Origin: Pseudothermotoga sp.
GTDB lineage: Bacteria; Thermotogota; Thermotogae; Thermotogales; DSM-5069
DNA: 64,000 nt
Assembly: GCA_031962025.1 (NCBI GenBank)
Contig: JAVRKW010000002.1
Direction: 5' to 3' (one strand)
Position 1 is the first letter of the stretch; each line of letters begins with the position of its first letter. Below, piece by piece: positions 10,992 to 20,497 of the stretch. The position numbers and the translations under genes were made by a program. Below the pieces are notes generated by a model, which searched no databases, was not told where the DNA came from, and saw only the letters and a list, made by a program, of their open reading frames with translations.

Positions 10992-11851
10992 GCCGCCACT
11001 TCCTTTGACATTCTTCGAGTGAAAAGGTATGCTATCGTGAAAACAATCAAGAACAATATATTTGAAAGCGCGGCGGCTTTGTTGTACTCCAGGAATCTAA
11101 GGCTTAACCTGTAGATGTAGGTCACTATGGTTTCAGTTCCATAGTTTGGTCCACCGGCAGTCATCACATAAATGAGGGGAAAATAGTTTATAGTCCAGAT
11201 GATCGTGAACATAAGGGTCGTAACCAAAACGGGTTTCAATTGAGGTATAGTCACATTCCAAAAACGTCTGTAAGCATTCGCACCGTCTATTTCAGCAGCT
11301 TCATAAAGCTCCTGAGGAATTGTCTGAATGCCAGCTATGAAAAACATTCCAGACAGGCAAAAACCCTTCCAGATATTTGCAATGATCACAGCAATCATCG
11401 CCATCTTTGGAGTGGCAAGCCACGGAATATAATCTTTCACAAACCCTATTTTCACAAGAATGTCGTTCAGCACACCGTACATATCGTTGTACATCCATTT
11501 CCACATTACACCCGTAACTATGTCGAGTGTTGCCCAGGGCAATATCAGAATCACACTTCTGAAAAAAACTTGTCCACGTTTGATTTGAGTCAGCAAAAGA
11601 GCCACTGCAAGCCCAAGGGTTATCTGACCTGCAACACTCCCAAAAACCCATACACAGGTATTCAAAACAGATTTGTAGAATACACTGTCTTTGAAAATGG
11701 CTACGTAGTTTTGAAGAGTGAACTTTCCATCATCGCTCGAAAAACTCATGACGATATTTGAGATCAACAGGAAAAAGACAAAAGCCACTATGATAAAAAC
11801 ATACGGCATTACCATTCGCAACGCTATTTTTTCTTCTTTCAAAACCTTCAC
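10988..11851 (-). CDS. Carbohydrate ABC transporter permease (MalF-like)
   Basis: LYEAAEIDGA motif, MTAGGP, transmembrane segments. Confidence 0.9.
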   Translation of the reverse strand: MKVLKEEKIALRMVMPYVFIIVAFVFFLLISNIVMSFSSDDGKFTLQNYVAIFKDSVFYKSVLNTCVWVFGSVAGQITLGLAVALLLTQIKRGQVFFRSVILILPWATLDIVTGVMWKWMYNDMYGVLNDILVKIGFVKDYIPWLATPKMAMIAVIIANIWKGFCLSGMFFIAGIQTIPQELYEAAEIDGANAYRRFWNVTIPQLKPVLVTTLMFTIIWTINYFPLIYVMTAGGPNYGTETIVTYIYRLSLRFLEYNKAAALSNILFLIVFTIAYLFTRRMSKEVAA

Positions 11852-11861
11852 TCCTAACCAT

Positions 11862-11880
11862 GGGCGGGCATAGCCCGCCC
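11862..11880 (-). other. GC-rich hairpin between sugar-binding protein and permease genes
   Basis: GGGCGGGC-ata-GCCCGCCC with no U-tract. Confidence 0.65.
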
Positions 11881-11890
11881 TGATTATAGT

Positions 11891-13126
11891 TTACTTTGCC
11901 TGGAGTATTTTGTTGACATTCTCTGCCGCAACTTTTATTGCTTCTTCTGGTGTTAATTCATTCAACAATACTTTTTGCACCATGATCTGGATCTGTTCGG
12001 ATATTTGAGGATATTGAGGAATGGGTGGTCTTGCAACTGCATATGGGAATGTCTTGAAAATAACCTGCCACTTTGGATCATTTGCAAGTTTTGACTTTGT
12101 GCATACATCCATTCTTGTTGGCATGGGTCCACCCTTTTCTTCAACCCACTTCATCCACACGTCAAAGCTCGTCAGATACTCAGCGAGTTTCCAGGCATCC
12201 TCCTTGTTCGGGCTCGATTTCGGTATGACCAGAGCCCAGCCACCGAGCACACTTGCAGGCTGTGAATCATACGGATGGAGTGCAACAGAGTATTTCCCAA
12301 CTATATTTGGATTAGCGGCTTCAATCAATGGGAATGACCATGGACCTCCTATTGACATTGCAACTCTGTTCTGAGCCATCATGTTTCTGTAATCATCTTC
12401 ATGATACTGAACGGCATTTGGGCTAACACCATATTTTTTTGCCAGATCCGTGTAAAATTTCAAAGCTTTGAGCCCCTCAGGTGTGTTGAAAGCCGCTTTT
12501 GAGTAGTCATCTGTCAAAAGCTTTCCACCGGCTGCATACAGGAACATCATATAACCAAGTGTTGTGTGCTCAGTTTTTGTACCGCTTACACCGTATCCGT
12601 AAATTCTGTTTTTCGCATCGGTAATCTTTTGAGCGGCTGCTAAGAGCTCATCCCAGGTCTTTGGCGGGTTGTTTGGATCAAGACCGGCTTGCTCAAACAT
12701 TGTTTTGTTGTAGAGCAAAAGTCTGCAATCGGTGTACCATGGAAGACCATATCTGACACCTTTGTAAGTGACTGTAGGCCAGAGATTGGGCCATATTTGT
12801 GGGGTACCTTCCCAGTTTTTGATCTGTTCTTCCATTGGTTCAAGCCAGCCTTTTTCCGCGAAAGTTGGAACCCATCCACCCAAATCTGCAAAGGCAAGAT
12901 CTGGTCCCTTACCTGCTTGAAGAGCTGTCACGAGTTTGTCGTAATAAGTGTCAAAACCAAAGAGCTGTACTTCGACCTTAATTCCATACTTTTGCTCAAA
13001 TCCCTTAATGACTGAATTCCATGTTTCATCCAGTTCCGCAACCTGTCCACCGATCCAGATCGTTAATGTTTTTCCAAAGCTCAGTACTGTTAACAAAACC
13101 AATACAGCCAAAACTACCTTCTTCAC
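11891..13126 (-). CDS. Carbohydrate ABC transporter substrate-binding protein (CUT1)
   Basis: Signal peptide MKKVVLAVL, GKGPDL, YGLPW..LLYNK, PKTWDEL, GGWAL. Confidence 0.92.
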   Translation of the reverse strand: MKKVVLAVLVLLTVLSFGKTLTIWIGGQVAELDETWNSVIKGFEQKYGIKVEVQLFGFDTYYDKLVTALQAGKGPDLAFADLGGWVPTFAEKGWLEPMEEQIKNWEGTPQIWPNLWPTVTYKGVRYGLPWYTDCRLLLYNKTMFEQAGLDPNNPPKTWDELLAAAQKITDAKNRIYGYGVSGTKTEHTTLGYMMFLYAAGGKLLTDDYSKAAFNTPEGLKALKFYTDLAKKYGVSPNAVQYHEDDYRNMMAQNRVAMSIGGPWSFPLIEAANPNIVGKYSVALHPYDSQPASVLGGWALVIPKSSPNKEDAWKLAEYLTSFDVWMKWVEEKGGPMPTRMDVCTKSKLANDPKWQVIFKTFPYAVARPPIPQYPQISEQIQIMVQKVLLNELTPEEAIKVAAENVNKILQAK

Positions 13127-13143
13127 AAAAATCCCTCCCTTTT

Positions 13144-13174
13144 TGGTTACATAAGTAACTTACTTATGTAACCA
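13144..13174. promoter_or_regulatory. 31-bp perfect palindrome, probable repressor operator of the sugar operon
   Basis: TGGTTACATAAGTAA-C-TTACTTATGTAACCA between the predicted transcription start and the RBS of the binding-protein gene. Confidence 0.75.
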
Positions 13175-13182
13175 GCAAAACT

Positions 13183-13211
13183 AATATAACACTTTCTTCA
13201 AGCAGGTTCAA
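13183..13211 (-). promoter_or_regulatory. Sigma70-type promoter of the sugar ABC operon
   Basis: Minus strand TTGAAC-17 bp-TATATT with extended TG. Confidence 0.6.
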
Positions 13212-13274
13212 GAAAAACAGGAAGGTGAAAACAAAAGAAAAAAAGAGCAACAAAAAGAATAATGCAGAAAATTT

Positions 13275-14057
13275 TCACTCACCAGTCACAGACGATGAAT
13301 AAGATGGAATTTCCAGAAAAACCTTTGTCCCAATCCCCAGCACCGAATGAATTGCCCAGGAAATCGAGAGTTTTCTGAGAATGTGCTTGACAATCGCAAG
13401 TCCAAGACCTGCACCTGAATAACTCCTTGCATTACTTGCCCTGTAAAAGCGAGATGTGATGTTCTTGAGATCTTCTTGCGGTATACCAACACCATGATCC
13501 TGAATCACCAACAAGCCCTTTTGCGAAAATATTTCAATGGCACCGCCTTCTTTTGAGTATTTTATCGCGTTCGACACCAAGTTTCTGATGACTATCTTGA
13601 AAGCCTCTGGATCGGCTTCAATGGATTTATTCGTTTTTATCTCAACAGATAGACCCTTTTGCTCTATTTTTTCCTCATATTCCACCAGTATCTCACGCAG
13701 CAGTTTTTTAAGACTCAATCTCTGGTTGTGTGGAATGTACTCATGCTGTTCCAGTTTTGAGAGCAAAACCAGCTGTTCAATGATCCTCTGCATTTTTTTA
13801 AGATGTCTTTCCATTTTCAAAAGACTTTCCTGGACATACTCACCTTCTTTTGCAATTTCCAAAAGCCCAAGCATCGCAGTGATGGGCGTGAAAAGTTCAT
13901 GAGCCACCGCATTTACAAAAAAGGTTTTAGAGTCACTCAGTACCTGCTCTTTTGATGAAACATCTCCTTGATCAGGGTAGAAAAGTATTCGATCTGGTTT
14001 TAAGAGAATCAGAGGCTTACAATTGTTTATCACTTCATCCCAGTTTGTATCCAACAC
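13275..14057 (-). CDS. phoR: Histidine kinase, PhoR-like, with no visible transmembrane or sensor domain
   Basis: H-box HELFTP, N-box NLVSNAIKY, G boxes DHGVGI and GAGLGL. The pair is divergent from the pst operon. Confidence 0.75.
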   Translation of the reverse strand: MLDTNWDEVINNCKPLILLKPDRILFYPDQGDVSSKEQVLSDSKTFFVNAVAHELFTPITAMLGLLEIAKEGEYVQESLLKMERHLKKMQRIIEQLVLLSKLEQHEYIPHNQRLSLKKLLREILVEYEEKIEQKGLSVEIKTNKSIEADPEAFKIVIRNLVSNAIKYSKEGGAIEIFSQKGLLVIQDHGVGIPQEDLKNITSRFYRASNARSYSGAGLGLAIVKHILRKLSISWAIHSVLGIGTKVFLEIPSYSSSVTGE

Positions 14058-14688
14058 CGTGAACAGTCACCAACCTTTCTTTTCCCAATTTTTTTCTGAG
14101 CATACTCATATAAACATCAACAATCCTTTCAGTTCTATCTTCTTGCTGCCAGACCGCATCGAGTATTTCACTGCGAGTAAAGACCTTTTTTGGATTTTCG
14201 AAAAGCAAAAGCAAGATCTCGAATTCCTTTGCAGACAGTTTTATTTCCTCGTCGTTTATCAGCAAAACTCTTTCATGAACCAGAAGTTTCATATCTTTGT
14301 GTGTTATTTCTCGTTCTGCAAACATGTTCTTCCTTCTAAACATTGCACGGACTCGGGCAACAAGTTCACGCGGATGGAATGGTTTGGTCACGTAATCATC
14401 TGCTCCCATCTCAAGACCAAGAATTTTGTTCTTGTCTTCTCTTATTGCCGTCAGCACTATTATGAATGTCTTTGGGCACGACACACGAATAGTTGGTATT
14501 TCTTCCATTGCATCTCCATCCGGAAGCATCAAATCGAGAATTATCAGATCGAAACATGTTTTCTCCAGTTCGTTGTACATCTGCTCGATTGAAAAGGCAG
14601 TCCTGACCTGGTGAGAATCCATCTTTAAATACCTGCAGATGACATCACTTACATCCTGCTCATCTTCCACAACCAGTATTGAAGGCAT
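14035..14688 (-). CDS. phoB: OmpR/PhoB-family response regulator
   Basis: VEDE, LDLMLP, GADDYVTKPF receiver; winged helix VDVYMSMLRKKL..GVGY. Divergent from pstS. Confidence 0.8.
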   Translation of the reverse strand: MPSILVVEDEQDVSDVICRYLKMDSHQVRTAFSIEQMYNELEKTCFDLIILDLMLPDGDAMEEIPTIRVSCPKTFIIVLTAIREDKNKILGLEMGADDYVTKPFHPRELVARVRAMFRRKNMFAEREITHKDMKLLVHERVLLINDEEIKLSAKEFEILLLLFENPKKVFTRSEILDAVWQQEDRTERIVDVYMSMLRKKLGKERLVTVHGVGYKLG

Positions 14689-14796
14689 AAAATCCCTCCA
14701 TTTGAATCATGCCACAGCGGTATTAAAAAAATTTGATATTTTTTTATAACAGTTGAAAGTCAAAGAGGCATAAACAGATCAGAAGGAGGTGTTGGT

Positions 14797-15633
14797 ATGA
14801 GAAAGTTTTTGTTTATGCTTGTGCTGGTTACTGCCGTTTTGATTTACGGCGAAACTCTGGTGATCAAAGGATCAAACACCGTTTATCCCATTGCGCAGTT
14901 GTGGATCGAACAATTTCAGAAAATGTATCCCAACGTTACAGCAACACTCGAAGGTGCCGGGTCCAGTACAGGGATCTCTGCACTGCTGAATGGAACTTGC
15001 GATATTGCAAATTCGAGCAGGTTCCTCAAAACCGCAGAAGTTGAACAAATGCACAAAGCCAACAAATATTTTGTTCCAGTAATCATTGCGTACGACGGCA
15101 TAGCCGTGATTGTAAATCCAAACCTTGGCATTGATTCAATATCAATCGAAACACTTTACAAAATCTACACAGGACAAATAACCGAGTGGAATCAGGTTGA
15201 TCCCAAATTACCAAAAAGACCCATCGTCGCATATTCAAGGAATACGGCTTCCGGGACCTTTGAAGTATGGCTTGAGAAGGTTTTAAAAGGGGACAAGCTC
15301 TCACCAAGAGTTCAGATGCTGGAATCTTCACAGGCTGAGATAGAAAGTGTTGCGAAAAATCAATATGCGATCGCATATACGGGAATGGGATATGTGACAA
15401 ACCAGGTGAGAGCATTGAAAGTAAATGGAATTGATCCAACAGTTGAAAATGTTTTGAATGGCAAGTACCCGCTGAGTAGACCGTTGTTTGTGTTCTTCGA
15501 CTTGAGCAGATTTGGCAATATCTGGCCCGAAGGCAATATCATCGCCGATTACATAAGATTCATACTCTCCCCCGAGGGACAAAAACTCGTTGAAAAAGCT
15601 GGTTATATACCGGCTTACGGGACGGCAAGATGA
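14797..15633 (+). CDS. pstS: Phosphate ABC transporter substrate-binding protein
   Basis: KGSNTV, GAGSSTGI, DIANSSR, SRNTASGT, YPLSRPL. Confidence 0.92.
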   Translation: MRKFLFMLVLVTAVLIYGETLVIKGSNTVYPIAQLWIEQFQKMYPNVTATLEGAGSSTGISALLNGTCDIANSSRFLKTAEVEQMHKANKYFVPVIIAYDGIAVIVNPNLGIDSISIETLYKIYTGQITEWNQVDPKLPKRPIVAYSRNTASGTFEVWLEKVLKGDKLSPRVQMLESSQAEIESVAKNQYAIAYTGMGYVTNQVRALKVNGIDPTVENVLNGKYPLSRPLFVFFDLSRFGNIWPEGNIIADYIRFILSPEGQKLVEKAGYIPAYGTAR

Positions 15634-16499
15634 TGAAAAAGATAAGTGCTTGGCTTTTCAATTTCATCGTTTTCACAGCTGCCACACTGGTGGTGGCTGC
15701 ACTTTTTGGTATAGTTTTCTTTCTGTTTTTTGAATCCATCAGAGCCATCAAAGAAGTGGGATGGGGTCTTTTCTCATCAGAGTGGTTCCCGGTGTGGAAA
15801 GAACCAGAATTCGGCATAAGGACTATGCTGTTAAATTCGCTCATTCTGACCTCATGGACGAGTTTCATCGTTTTTGTGATCGGTATTACAGTTGCTCTTT
15901 ACCTGCACAGTTACGCAAACGGGAAAGAAAAAAAATTCATGCTCAGGGTATTCGAGTACATGAGTGGTATCCCGTCTGTTGTGTTGGGATTTTTTGGTGT
16001 CGTGATCGTAGCACCAGTACTGCTCAAAGCTGGTGCTTGGACCGGACAAAATTTTTTCAACGCCTCTTTCATGCTCTGCGTCCTGACACTGCCGTTTATG
16101 ATAAGCCTATCCTATCAATCCTTGGAAAAAGTACCAGAAGAAATTTCTCAAGCCGCTGTCTCAATAGGTGCAAAACAGTTCTCTGTGATGATGGTTGAAA
16201 TAAGATACGCAATGCCAGCAATAGTGAATGCGGCGATGAGCGTTTTCAACAGGATTTTTGGTGAAACCATGATTGTCCTGATGGTCGCTGGTGGAAGCAA
16301 TCTACTAATGAAGTCATTTTTTAACCCGATCAGACCATTGACAGCAGCGCTGGGAAGTGAACTGGGTGAAGTAGAAGTGAAAAGTCTGCATTACAGTGCG
16401 CTGTTTTTCATAGGATTCTTACTGCTGACTCTTTCTTTAGTCATAACGGTGCTGACAAATTACATCGTGAGATGGCGCGAGAAATGGATAAGGAGATGA
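15630..16499 (+). CDS. pstC: Phosphate ABC permease
   Basis: IPSVVLGFFG, RIFGETMIVLMVAG, HYSALF. Confidence 0.9.
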   Translation: MMKKISAWLFNFIVFTAATLVVAALFGIVFFLFFESIRAIKEVGWGLFSSEWFPVWKEPEFGIRTMLLNSLILTSWTSFIVFVIGITVALYLHSYANGKEKKFMLRVFEYMSGIPSVVLGFFGVVIVAPVLLKAGAWTGQNFFNASFMLCVLTLPFMISLSYQSLEKVPEEISQAAVSIGAKQFSVMMVEIRYAMPAIVNAAMSVFNRIFGETMIVLMVAGGSNLLMKSFFNPIRPLTAALGSELGEVEVKSLHYSALFFIGFLLLTLSLVITVLTNYIVRWREKWIRR

Positions 16500-16503
16500 T
16501 CAA

Positions 16504-17307
16504 ATGAAATGGCTTTTTAGACTCATAAGCTACAGTGTTTTGATTCTAATGTTAGTAATTATCTTGCTCATAGTCCTTCCAGGTATGAGATTTCTGTTTC
16601 AACCAGGTTTTTTCACGCAATTTCCAAAATCTTCTATGACAGAAGGTGGTGTATTTCCTGCCATCGTCGGTTCACTACTTTTGATGCTTTTAGTTTTTAT
16701 CATAGTGACACCACTTGGTCTACTCGGAGCCATTTTCATCGCCGAATTTGCAAGCAAAAGATTATCTATTATTCTTCAATCTCTTGCTGGAACGATGAAC
16801 AGCATCCCGTCAATAGTGTATGGACTGTTTGGTCTGAGCTTTTTCTGTGTAAGCCTTGGGTTTAGGACCTCGTTGATATCTGCATCACTCACTCTGTCAA
16901 CAATGGCAATACCTTTCTTTATAAACAGTGCCGTCGAGTTTCTCCGGGCGGTACCTAAAGAGCTTCGTGAAGGGGTAATAGCGCTCGGTGCCAGTAGATT
17001 TCAAACAACTCTGATGGTAATCAAATCAAGCAAGAATGGCATTTTAACGACGTTGATGTTGACTCTTGGTAGGGCTTTCAGCGAGACAGCTCCTATATTG
17101 ATCACAGGTGCTGTTTTCTACGCAACCAAACTCCCGACAAGACTGACCGATCCAATCATGACTTTACCCACGAGTATTTACGCAATAGTCATGAATCTGG
17201 GAGAAAGATCTCAGTGGATGGCACGCGGAATGGCGAGTTTGATGACTCTGGTCATGATCCTGATCTATTCCGTTGTGCAGGTTTTGAGGGGGCGAAAAGA
17301 TGGATGA
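16504..17307 (+). CDS. pstA: Phosphate ABC permease
   Basis: GGVFPAIVGS, IPSIVYGLFG, GRAFSETAP. Confidence 0.9.
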   Translation: MKWLFRLISYSVLILMLVIILLIVLPGMRFLFQPGFFTQFPKSSMTEGGVFPAIVGSLLLMLLVFIIVTPLGLLGAIFIAEFASKRLSIILQSLAGTMNSIPSIVYGLFGLSFFCVSLGFRTSLISASLTLSTMAIPFFINSAVEFLRAVPKELREGVIALGASRFQTTLMVIKSSKNGILTTLMLTLGRAFSETAPILITGAVFYATKLPTRLTDPIMTLPTSIYAIVMNLGERSQWMARGMASLMTLVMILIYSVVQVLRGRKDG

Positions 17308-18055
17308 AATCATTTTTGAGATAAAAGATCTATGCGCATACTATGGTACCCACAGGGTGCTTGATCATATCAACGTGAAAATAAAATCGAAAAAGATAAC
17401 TGCCATCATGGGTCCTTCTGGATGTGGCAAAAGTACTCTTTTGAGGTCTTTGAACAGGCTCAATGACCTGATAGAGGATTTTTCCATCACAGGGCAGATA
17501 CTGTACAAAAGTCAGGATATTTACACAATCAAAGATCTGAGTACGTATCGTCGCAAAGTAACAATGGTATTTCAAAAACCCAATCCATTTCCGATGTCGA
17601 TCTTTGACAATGTCGCATATGGATTGAAATTAATGGGAATTAAAGACAGAGATGTGCTCAAAAGGAAAGTTGAAGACGCTTTGAAAAAAGCCGCACTCTG
17701 GGATGAAGTCAAAGACAAATTGAAAAAACCCGCAGTTCAGCTATCAGGTGGTCAGCAACAAAGACTGTGCATAGCAAGGGCACTTGCCATAGAGCCAGAG
17801 GTCATCCTGCTTGATGAACCAACGTCAGCCCTCGATCCAATCGCCACCACCAGAATAGAAAGATTGCTCGAGACATTGGCTGAGCAGTACACAGTTATCA
17901 TAGTAACACACAGCATGGGACAGGCTCTGAGAGTAAGTGATGAGTTGATTTTTCTTTATCAGGGACGTTTGATAGAATACGGTATGACATCCGATGTGGT
18001 TAAGGCTCCAAATCACGAGATGACCAGACAATTTTTAACAGGGAAAATTGGTTAA
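17300..18055 (+). CDS. pstB: Phosphate ABC ATPase
   Basis: GPSGCGKST, MVFQKPNPFPMSI, LSGGQQQRLCIAR, DEPTSALDP. Confidence 0.95.
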   Translation: MDEIIFEIKDLCAYYGTHRVLDHINVKIKSKKITAIMGPSGCGKSTLLRSLNRLNDLIEDFSITGQILYKSQDIYTIKDLSTYRRKVTMVFQKPNPFPMSIFDNVAYGLKLMGIKDRDVLKRKVEDALKKAALWDEVKDKLKKPAVQLSGGQQQRLCIARALAIEPEVILLDEPTSALDPIATTRIERLLETLAEQYTVIIVTHSMGQALRVSDELIFLYQGRLIEYGMTSDVVKAPNHEMTRQFLTGKIG

Positions 18056-18068
18056 AGGAGAGATATTG

Positions 18069-18779
18069 ATGACCCAAAGAACTCTTCATTATGAGAAAGA
18101 GATAAATTTTTTGAACGATAAACTCAGGGAATTTTTGAATGGTGTTGAGCATCTGTTTGAAAAAACACTATTTGCAATTCAATCAGGTGACGAAAATCTG
18201 ATAAACGATATAGAATCAATGGACGATTATTTCGATTCGCTTGACCTTGAAATCCAGACGACGGCTTTTGACATCATTGGAAAATTTCAACCACTCGCAG
18301 ATGATTTGAGATTTGTCGTTGCGATGATAGGATTATCGATTGATCTTGAAAGGATTGCAGACGAATGTGTCAACATCGCACAGCTCAGCAGACATGTTCA
18401 AAGAGGAATAGAAAGTTTCACATCCTGGAAGACACTGAATGAGATGATCAAAATAATTCTGGTCATGTTCAAAGAAACCATACAAGCCGTTGAACACAGA
18501 GATCTTGATCTTGCAATCAAAGTGTGGAAAAAAGACGATGATGTTGATTCTTTGCACAACACTGGTCATGAAAACCTTATAGACCTCGCGTGTAAAGAAA
18601 CAAATCCAAAGATGATGAGATTGTACTTAGAGGAAGCCTTCCTGATAAGACACTTTGAAAGAATAGCAGATCACCTAACAAATATTTGTGAAAAACTCTA
18701 TTTCATGAGCACCGGAAAACAACTAAAAGAACTTCTGAAAAAGCCAAAAGCATCGACTGGCCACGGTTTGTCTGTTTAA
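18069..18779 (+). CDS. phoU: Phosphate signalling protein PhoU
   Basis: QPLADDLR, DLERIAD and second repeat FERIADH. Start set at the ATG after AGGAG. Confidence 0.92.
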   Translation: MTQRTLHYEKEINFLNDKLREFLNGVEHLFEKTLFAIQSGDENLINDIESMDDYFDSLDLEIQTTAFDIIGKFQPLADDLRFVVAMIGLSIDLERIADECVNIAQLSRHVQRGIESFTSWKTLNEMIKIILVMFKETIQAVEHRDLDLAIKVWKKDDDVDSLHNTGHENLIDLACKETNPKMMRLYLEEAFLIRHFERIADHLTNICEKLYFMSTGKQLKELLKKPKASTGHGLSV

Positions 18780-18922
18780 CACACATTTTGCAAGAAGTCT
18801 CCATCTTCTACAAGATGAAGATGAATTGTGATTGATAAATAAGTGGATGGTAGTTCACTTTATTCTGCTATTAACTGTGGTATAATACAGCTCAAGAAAA
18901 CTCTTATCAGGGAGGGAAGGGT

Positions 18923-20431
18923 ATGAAGAGGTATTTCGTGCTGTTGTTTGTTTTGTTGGTCGTTGTAGCGTTTTCTGCACAATTCATTGTGGTCGGTACC
19001 ACAGACAAAATTCGAACACTTGATCCTGCCAATTGTTATGATTATTTCTCCAGCAACATTCTTCAAAATATCCTGGCTGGACCTGTGGATTACAAATTGG
19101 GAACAGCCGAGATCACACCGTGGTTATTTGAAAACTGGAGCGTTTCAGATGACGGGCTCACTTACACTTTTTCCATCAGGAAAGGAGCGATGTTTGAGGA
19201 CGGTACACCAATCGACGCAGAAGTGTTCAAATGGTCATGGGAACGTGTACTCAGGCTGAATGGAGATCCTGCATTTTTACTGGGAGATGTCATTGATAAA
19301 ATCCAAGTGGTTGACCAGTACACATTAAAAGTGACGCTCAAATACAAATTTTCAGCCTTTGTTTCAGTGCTTGGTTATACCGTCGCCTTCCCGGTTAATC
19401 CAAAAACTACTCCGGAGAATCAATTCTTAGATGGAGTGCCACAGGCTTCAGGTCCTTACAGAGTTACAGAATGGCAGAGAGATGTCAGAATAGTCCTTGA
19501 AGCCAATCCAAAATATTTCGGACCCGCTCCAAAAACTCCAAAAATAATCATTCAATTCTTCGAAAACTCCGCACAACTGAGAATGGCTCTTGAAACAGGA
19601 CAAATAGATATCGCATACAGGCACATGGATCCAAGAGATATTCTCGATCTGAAGAATATGGAATCACAGCTTGGGATAAAAGTTTATTTAGGAACAAGTC
19701 CTCAGATTCGCTACCTGGTTATAAATGTTAAACAGCAACCCTTTGACAACGTTTACGTGAGACAGGCATTGTCTTATGCCGTTGACAGAGATGTGATTAC
19801 AAAAACTGTCTTCTCCGATCTGGCAAAACCTCTGTATTCCATGATTCCAATGGGATGGTGGAGCCACATCGATGCCATGCCGAAACGCGATATAAACATG
19901 GCAGTTGAACTGTTGAAAAAAGCAGGTTATTCTTCTTCAAAACCCTTGCAGATTGATCTATGGTATACACCTTCGCATTATGGCTCCACGGAAGCCGATG
20001 TCGCACAGCTTTTGAAAAGATCCCTTGAGGAGACAAAAGCGATAAAAGTGAATATCAAATACGCCGAATGGTCAACGTATGTTGAATACTTTTTGAACGG
20101 AACCATGGGGTTGTTCCTGCTTGGATGGTACCCAGACTATCTAGATCCGGATGACTATGTCTGGCCATTCTTGAGCGAGAGTGGAGCCAAATCACTTGGC
20201 AGTTTTTACAGCAACATGGAAGTTGAAAATCTGATGATGCAAGCGCGCGGGATTGAATCAACACAAGAAAGATCAAAGCTCTATGAACAGGTTCAGAAAA
20301 TCTTAGCCCAGGATGTTCCATACATACCACTCTGGCAGGGTTTTGCAGATTGTGAGGCAAAGGCAAACATATCCGGTATAATCCTTGAACCCACACAGAT
20401 ATTCAGATACTATGTACTTGAGAAAAAATAA
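18923..20431 (+). CDS. Opp/Dpp family-5 ABC substrate-binding protein
   Basis: Signal peptide, TLDPA, WSVSDDGLTYTF, GPY, VRQALSYAVDR, GWYPDY. Confidence 0.9.
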   Translation: MKRYFVLLFVLLVVVAFSAQFIVVGTTDKIRTLDPANCYDYFSSNILQNILAGPVDYKLGTAEITPWLFENWSVSDDGLTYTFSIRKGAMFEDGTPIDAEVFKWSWERVLRLNGDPAFLLGDVIDKIQVVDQYTLKVTLKYKFSAFVSVLGYTVAFPVNPKTTPENQFLDGVPQASGPYRVTEWQRDVRIVLEANPKYFGPAPKTPKIIIQFFENSAQLRMALETGQIDIAYRHMDPRDILDLKNMESQLGIKVYLGTSPQIRYLVINVKQQPFDNVYVRQALSYAVDRDVITKTVFSDLAKPLYSMIPMGWWSHIDAMPKRDINMAVELLKKAGYSSSKPLQIDLWYTPSHYGSTEADVAQLLKRSLEETKAIKVNIKYAEWSTYVEYFLNGTMGLFLLGWYPDYLDPDDYVWPFLSESGAKSLGSFYSNMEVENLMMQARGIESTQERSKLYEQVQKILAQDVPYIPLWQGFADCEAKANISGIILEPTQIFRYYVLEKK

Positions 20432-20448
20432 CCTCTTCTTTGACCTAT

Positions 20449-20475
20449 AAAGCCCGCCTGTGTGCGGGCTTTTTT
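20449..20475 (+). terminator. Intrinsic terminator-like hairpin inside the opp/dpp operon
   Basis: AAAGCCCGC-ctgtgt-GCGGGCTTTTTT right after the binding-protein gene. Confidence 0.7.
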
Positions 20476-20497
20476 GCAGAGCTGTGAGGTGATTGCT

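Noticed and set aside
14689..14796. Pho box between phoB and pstS
   Set aside because: Expected from context, but I could not identify a convincing 11-bp-period direct repeat.
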